A DNA stretch of 64,000 bases from an uncultured delta proteobacterium. Its GTDB lineage: Bacteria > Myxococcota > UBA727 > VGSZ01. The notes beneath the pieces were generated by a model. It ran no database searches and was not told where the DNA came from. It worked only from the letters and a program-made list of their open reading frames with translations. The number at the start of each line of letters is the position of its first letter. Position 1 is the first letter of the stretch. The translations under genes and the position numbers were made by a program. Shown here piece after piece: positions 59,252 through 64,000 of the stretch. The stretch lies in NCBI GenBank assembly GCA_963775425.1, contig CAVZJB010000017.1, forward strand, positions 1 to 64,000. Reading direction: 5' to 3'.

Positions 59252-60031
59252 ATGCGCCCCCTCGCGCTCCTCCTCCTCGCCGCCGTCGCCTTCGCGAGCG
59301 CACCCGCCGCCGCGCGCGTCCTCGAGCCCGCGCACCAGCGCGTCGAGGCGCCCGTGAGGGTCGCCGTGCTGGTCCCTCCGCCCAAGCACCCGCCCCGCCG
59401 CCGCCCGGCGCCCGATCGACGGACACGGCCCGTCGTGCGCAAGGCGAGCCCCGCCACCGCCGGCCTCGCCGCCGCCGCCGGCGCGGGCGGCGCCGCGCTC
59501 ATCGGCGGCAGCGCCGTCGGCATCTCCGCGCTCGTGCTCCTCGGCGCGTTCGGCACCCCGACGCTGCCGGTGACCGTCACCGCCGCCGTCGTCGCCATCG
59601 CCGTCGGCCTCGCCACGCCCATCCTCGTCGGCATCGCCGGCGGCGGCGCGGTCTTGTTGATGGATCCGCGCACCAAGCCAGGCGAGTGGTCGAGCCTGAT
59701 GCAGTGCGCGACGTCCGGGTGTTGCGTCGGCTTCGACCTCGTCGGCGGGACCGTCCTCGGCGGCGTGTGCGGAAACGCCGCGCCGCAGCTCCCCGGCGGC
59801 AAGATCCCGGGCGTGCCCGGGCCCGACCAGCCGGCCGAGTGGACCGCGGCGGCCGGCATCGGCGGCTTCTTGAGCGGCGCCGTGATCGGCGGCCTGCTCG
59901 GCTGGTCGGTGGCGCCCGCGCCCGACAATCCCTGGGTCCCCATCACCGTCGGCGCCATCGGCGGCAGCGTGCTCGGCGCCGCCGTGCTCGCGGGCGCGGG
60001 CGCGGGGCTCGCCGAGGTCGTCCGCCGCTGA
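59252..60031 (+). CDS. Gly-rich multi-TM membrane protein, unknown function
   Basis: Signal peptide, several GxxxG-rich hydrophobic segments, CATSGCC..C cluster. Confidence 0.6.
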   Translation: MRPLALLLLAAVAFASAPAAARVLEPAHQRVEAPVRVAVLVPPPKHPPRRRPAPDRRTRPVVRKASPATAGLAAAAGAGGAALIGGSAVGISALVLLGAFGTPTLPVTVTAAVVAIAVGLATPILVGIAGGGAVLLMDPRTKPGEWSSLMQCATSGCCVGFDLVGGTVLGGVCGNAAPQLPGGKIPGVPGPDQPAEWTAAAGIGGFLSGAVIGGLLGWSVAPAPDNPWVPITVGAIGGSVLGAAVLAGAGAGLAEVVRR

Positions 60032-60064
60032 AGCCCCCACTGGCGCCACGTCGTGGAATGCGGC

Positions 60065-61921
60065 ATGCGCCCCCCCATGCCACCGACGAAGAACGCCGCC
60101 CTCCTCGCCTGGGTCGACTCGGCCCAGAAGCTCTGCAAACCCGAATCCGTCATGTGGTGCGACGGCTCGCAAGCCGAGTACGACAAGCTCTGCGCGCGGA
60201 TGGTGGACGCGGGGACGCTCATCAAGCTGAACCCGGACAAGAGGCCCAACAGCTTCCTCGCGCGCTCGGATCCGAAGGACGTCGCGCGCGTCGAGGACCG
60301 CACCTTCATCTGCTCCGCGAGCCGCATCGACGCCGGCCCCACCAACAACTGGATGGCGCCGGGCGACATGAAGAAGAAGCTGAATGGATTGTTCGACGGC
60401 TGCATGGCGGGCCGCACCATGTACGTGGTGCCGTTCTCCATGGGCCCGCTCGGCTCCCCCATCGCGCACATCGGCGTGCAGATCACGGACTCGCCGTACG
60501 CCGTCGCCAACATGCGCATCATGACGCGCATGGGCCAGGGCGCCCTCGACGTCCTCGGCGCCGACGGCGCCTTCGTCCCCTGCCTGCACTCCGTGGGCAA
60601 GCCGCTCAAGCCCGGCGACAAGGACGTCGTGTGGCCGTGCAACCCCGACAACATCACCATCGCGCACTTCCCGGAGGACCGCGCCATCTGGAGCTTCGGC
60701 TCCGGCTACGGCGGCAACGCGCTGCTCGGCAAGAAGTGCTTCGCGCTGCGCATCGCGAGCGTGATGGGCCGCGACGAGGGGTGGCTCGCCGAGCACATGC
60801 TCATCCTCGGCGTCGAGAACCCGCAGGGTGAAAAGACGTACGTGGGCGCGGCGTTCCCGTCGGCTTGCGGCAAGACCAACTTCGCCATGCTCGTGCCGCC
60901 CAAGGGCTTCGACGGCTGGAAGGTGTGGACCGTCGGCGACGACATCGCCTGGATCAAGCCCGGCAAGGACGGGAAGCTCTACGCCATCAACCCCGAGGCG
61001 GGCTTCTTCGGCGTCGCGCCGGGCACCGGCGTAAAGACCAACCCCAACGCCATGGCCACGCTCACCAAGAACTGCATCTTCACCAACGTCGCCCTCACCG
61101 ACGACGGCGACGTGTGGTGGGAAGGCATGACCGACGACCCGCCGGCGCATTGCATCGACTGGCAGGGCAACGAGTGGACGCCGTCGTCGAAGAGCAAGGC
61201 CGCTCACCCGAACGCGCGCTTCACCGCGCCGGTGTCGCAGTGCCCGTCGGTGGATCCCAAGTGGGAGGACCCCGCCGGCGTGCCCATCAGCGCGTTCATC
61301 TTCGGTGGGCGCATGTCCAGGGACCAGCCGCTGGTCTACCAGGCCTTCAACTGGACCCACGGCGTCTACCTCGCGGCCACCATGGGCTCCGAGGCCACGG
61401 CGGCGGCGGTGGGCCAGGCGGCGATGCGGCGCGACCCGTTCGCGATGCTCCCGTTTTGCGGCTACAACATGGCCGACTACTTCAACCACTGGTTGAACGT
61501 CGGCCGCCGCATCCCCAACCCGCCGCGCATCTTCCGCGTGAACTGGTTCCGCAAGGACCAAAACGGCAAGTTCATCTGGCCGGGCTACGGCGAGAACATG
61601 CGCGTGTTGAAGTGGATCGTCGATCGCGTCACCGGCAAGGGCTACGGCATCGAGAGCCCGCTCGGCTGGATGCCGCGCCACGAGGACATCCACTGGGACG
61701 GCCTGTCCTTCGACAAGGAGAAGTTCCAGGAGCTCATGGCCGTCACGCGCTCGTCGGGCACCGACGAGGCGCACGCCCACGAGGAGCTCTTCGACCGCTT
61801 CTTCGACCGGCTGCCGAAGGAGTTCATCTACGAGCGCGAGCTCCTGCGCTCCCGCCTGTGGCGCTCCCCCGATCGCTGGGAGCTCGTGAGCGACGCCCAG
61901 GCCCTGCCCGGCGGCCTCTGA
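60065..61921 (+). CDS. pckG: Phosphoenolpyruvate carboxykinase (GTP)
   Basis: [52 protein letters not shown]. Confidence 0.97.
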   Translation: MRPPMPPTKNAALLAWVDSAQKLCKPESVMWCDGSQAEYDKLCARMVDAGTLIKLNPDKRPNSFLARSDPKDVARVEDRTFICSASRIDAGPTNNWMAPGDMKKKLNGLFDGCMAGRTMYVVPFSMGPLGSPIAHIGVQITDSPYAVANMRIMTRMGQGALDVLGADGAFVPCLHSVGKPLKPGDKDVVWPCNPDNITIAHFPEDRAIWSFGSGYGGNALLGKKCFALRIASVMGRDEGWLAEHMLILGVENPQGEKTYVGAAFPSACGKTNFAMLVPPKGFDGWKVWTVGDDIAWIKPGKDGKLYAINPEAGFFGVAPGTGVKTNPNAMATLTKNCIFTNVALTDDGDVWWEGMTDDPPAHCIDWQGNEWTPSSKSKAAHPNARFTAPVSQCPSVDPKWEDPAGVPISAFIFGGRMSRDQPLVYQAFNWTHGVYLAATMGSEATAAAVGQAAMRRDPFAMLPFCGYNMADYFNHWLNVGRRIPNPPRIFRVNWFRKDQNGKFIWPGYGENMRVLKWIVDRVTGKGYGIESPLGWMPRHEDIHWDGLSFDKEKFQELMAVTRSSGTDEAHAHEELFDRFFDRLPKEFIYERELLRSRLWRSPDRWELVSDAQALPGGL

Positions 61922-61943
61922 TCCCGACGCGGGGCGATGACCG

Positions 61944-63410
61944 TCAGTCGCTCGCCGCCTCGAGCTGCACGGGCCCGGTGAAGCGCCCGTCTTTGAGCGC
62001 CGCGCCGCCCATGTCGACGGGGCTGTCCGGGGGCGCCGGCAGCTTCGTCTTCGCGAGCGCGTCGACGAGACACTTCTTCAGCCTGGCAGGCGCGTCCGGC
62101 TCGAGCACCGTGACCTTCGTCGGGGGCCCGCCTCCCTTGCGAAGCTCCACGCGCACCCAGGCTTGGGAAAGCGAGCCGGCAAACGCACGGCAGCCGTCGC
62201 CGACGCCGTCGAACGCAGACGCGACGCCGCGCTGGAAGGCGAACACGTCGGCGAGCCCGGGAGGGACCTCCCCGCCGTCGTTGTCGACGTCGCCGAGCTC
62301 CAGCACAGGATCCGACACGTCCTGAAGCTCCTGGTCCACCGCCCGCCGCAGCGCCCGGACCTGCTCGCCCTCACCGGGCGCGGGCTTGGCGTAGCGCTCG
62401 CGGTCCGCGGTGAATTCGGCGCGGGCGTCGTCGTCGGGCGCGCGCGCGACCGCCTTGTCGACGGCGGCGAGGGCGCCGCGCACATCGCCGCGCGCGTGGA
62501 GCGCCTCGGCGAGCGCCGCGAAGCCGCGCGACGCCCGCGGCTCGAGCGCGATGAGCCGCCGGGCCGCGCGTTCGGCGGCGTCGACGGCGCCGCCCGCGGC
62601 GGCGACGCCCGCGGCGGTCTCGAGCCTGTCGGCGTCGTTCGCGTTGCCGGCGACGTATGCGTCCAGCGTCCGCCGGACCTCCGCCGGTGACAGCTCGCCG
62701 GAGAGCGCCGCTACCTGCGCCGCGGTCTCTGCGCGAGCGGCTCTCGGATACTTCGTCGCGAACGCCGCCAGCGCCACGACGACGTCGTGGCGGCGCACCG
62801 CACCCGCGCGCTCCCAGGCGGCGTCGGCCGCCACGCCCTGAGCGCCGCTCGCGTCCGCGCGCTCGGCGCGATCGAAAAAGCCGGCGGCGGCGCTCGCCTG
62901 GTGCCGCGACGCATACCAGCGGCCCGCGGCGACGAGCGCGGCGGCGTCGTCGGGCTTCGCGTGCACGCGGGCCAGAACGTCCTGTTCGGTGAGCAACACG
63001 CCCATCGCCCGGCCGACGAACGCGACGAGCTCCGCCACGCTCATCGCGCCCCCCGCCCGCAGCCGCTCGACGCCCGCGCCGTCGACGACGACGAACGTGG
63101 GAAAGGAGCCATCGCCGAAGCGCGCCTCGGCCTCCTTGCCCGGCCCCTCCTCTGCGTCGTAGGAGACGAAGCGCACCTGCGCGAGCGCGCGACGCACCCG
63201 CGGGTCCGGCAGGACGGTCTTCTTCATCTCCTGGCACGGCTCGCACCACGACGTCGACAGCTCGAGCAGGAGCGGCGCGTGCGCCTCCCGCGCCGCGGCG
63301 ATCGCGGCGTCGACGGGAGGCGGGGCTGCGGCCGGCCCCGGCGCTCCGACGGCGAGCCCTCCGGCGGCGAGCGCGGTGTGGACAACGCTGAGTGCGGCGG
63401 CGACGAGCAT
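61944..63410 (-). CDS. Exported thioredoxin-fold + TPR + AgmX/TonB-C-like protein
   Basis: Signal peptide, WCEPC...FPT, TPR-like helices, C-terminal C...CLVDAL...KLPAP; GGAGG RBS. Confidence 0.75.
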   Translation of the reverse strand: MLVAAALSVVHTALAAGGLAVGAPGPAAAPPPVDAAIAAAREAHAPLLLELSTSWCEPCQEMKKTVLPDPRVRRALAQVRFVSYDAEEGPGKEAEARFGDGSFPTFVVVDGAGVERLRAGGAMSVAELVAFVGRAMGVLLTEQDVLARVHAKPDDAAALVAAGRWYASRHQASAAAGFFDRAERADASGAQGVAADAAWERAGAVRRHDVVVALAAFATKYPRAARAETAAQVAALSGELSPAEVRRTLDAYVAGNANDADRLETAAGVAAAGGAVDAAERAARRLIALEPRASRGFAALAEALHARGDVRGALAAVDKAVARAPDDDARAEFTADRERYAKPAPGEGEQVRALRRAVDQELQDVSDPVLELGDVDNDGGEVPPGLADVFAFQRGVASAFDGVGDGCRAFAGSLSQAWVRVELRKGGGPPTKVTVLEPDAPARLKKCLVDALAKTKLPAPPDSPVDMGGAALKDGRFTGPVQLEAASD

Positions 63411-63516
63411 GCGACCTCCCTGCGCCCACGGCGACGGGCGAGGCGGGAGGCTGCCATGGAGCCCATCCGTCAGGGTGCGGATTCCGCGCCGGCTTGGCCC
63501 CGGCACAGTCGCTGCG

Positions 63517-63639
63517 ATGCGTCGATCGATCCCGCTCTCGCACGCCCTGCAACACCTCGCGCACCTCGCCGGCGGCGCCCTCGTCGCCCTCGTCGCCCTC
63601 GGCGCCATGCTGGCCGTGGCGGCGGCCACAGCCGGCTGA
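63517..63639 (+). CDS. Possible 40-aa single-TM small protein
   Basis: MRRSIPLSHALQHLAHLAGGALVALVALGAMLAVAAATAG; GC3-biased codons. Confidence 0.35.
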   Translation: MRRSIPLSHALQHLAHLAGGALVALVALGAMLAVAAATAG

Positions 63640-63651
63640 CGGCGTCCCGAC

Positions 63652-64000
63652 TTGTCAGCGATCGACAAGCGCGCGCTCCTCGACGAGCTCATCCGCGACG
63701 TCGCCGCGGCCCTCGAAGCCATGGAGCGCGCGGCCGACGTGGCGCACGCGGCGGCGACGCACGAAGAGATGAAGGCGGAGAACGACAAGGACACGCGCAG
63801 CATCGAGGCGGGCTACCTCGCCGGCGCCCAGTCGGCGCGCGCCGCCGAGCTCCGGCGCACGCTGGCCGCCCTGCGCGCCACCCGCCCGCGCGCGTTCGCC
63901 GACGGCGACGCCGTCGATGCCACTGCCATCGTCGAGCTCGTGGACGACGGCCCACCGGCAAAGAGGCAGCAGGTCTTCGTGTCGCCGCACGGCGGAGGCC
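63652..64000 (+). CDS. GreA/GreB-like elongation factor homolog (partial, runs off the window)
   Basis: AATHEEMKAENDKDTRSIEAGYLAGAQ coiled-coil tip motif. Confidence 0.75.
   Translation, partial: MSAIDKRALLDELIRDVAAALEAMERAADVAHAAATHEEMKAENDKDTRSIEAGYLAGAQSARAAELRRTLAALRATRPRAFADGDAVDATAIVELVDDGPPAKRQQVFVSPHGGG

Overview
GC-rich bacterial chromosome segment. The Cys-rich lipoproteins, sigma54 circuitry and AgmX-like domain point to Myxococcota/deltaproteobacteria (inference). From left to right: a nearly complete IS21-family element (istA/istB, multi-repeat ends) inserted in a phosphoketolase gene; an SDR; tRNA-Ala(GGC); a tandem pair of paralogous lipoproteins; an aroA-aroC-aroKB cluster headed by a 982-aa acidic protein; tRNA-Asn(GTT); a PAS kinase/regulator pair; a three-gene exported-protein operon (18079-25206); Fe/Mn SOD; thrA; a divergent sigma54-linked signalling island (30678-37756); hemJ, pfkB, pepT-like, ctaA, iorAB plus cytochrome c, pstS-phoR-phoB; an ADP-dependent sugar kinase homolog; Hsp20, CoA transferase, USP and pckG. 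The best novelty candidate is the 18079-25206 operon, whose first two genes look like the two halves of an animal-type large lipid transfer protein (vitellogenin/MTP/apoB module) split over two genes. Other candidates are a double histidine kinase with complementary defects in its two modules, a short repeat embedded in frame in unrelated genes, and recurrent leaderless-type gene starts. All family calls come from motif recognition by eye; no database searches were run.
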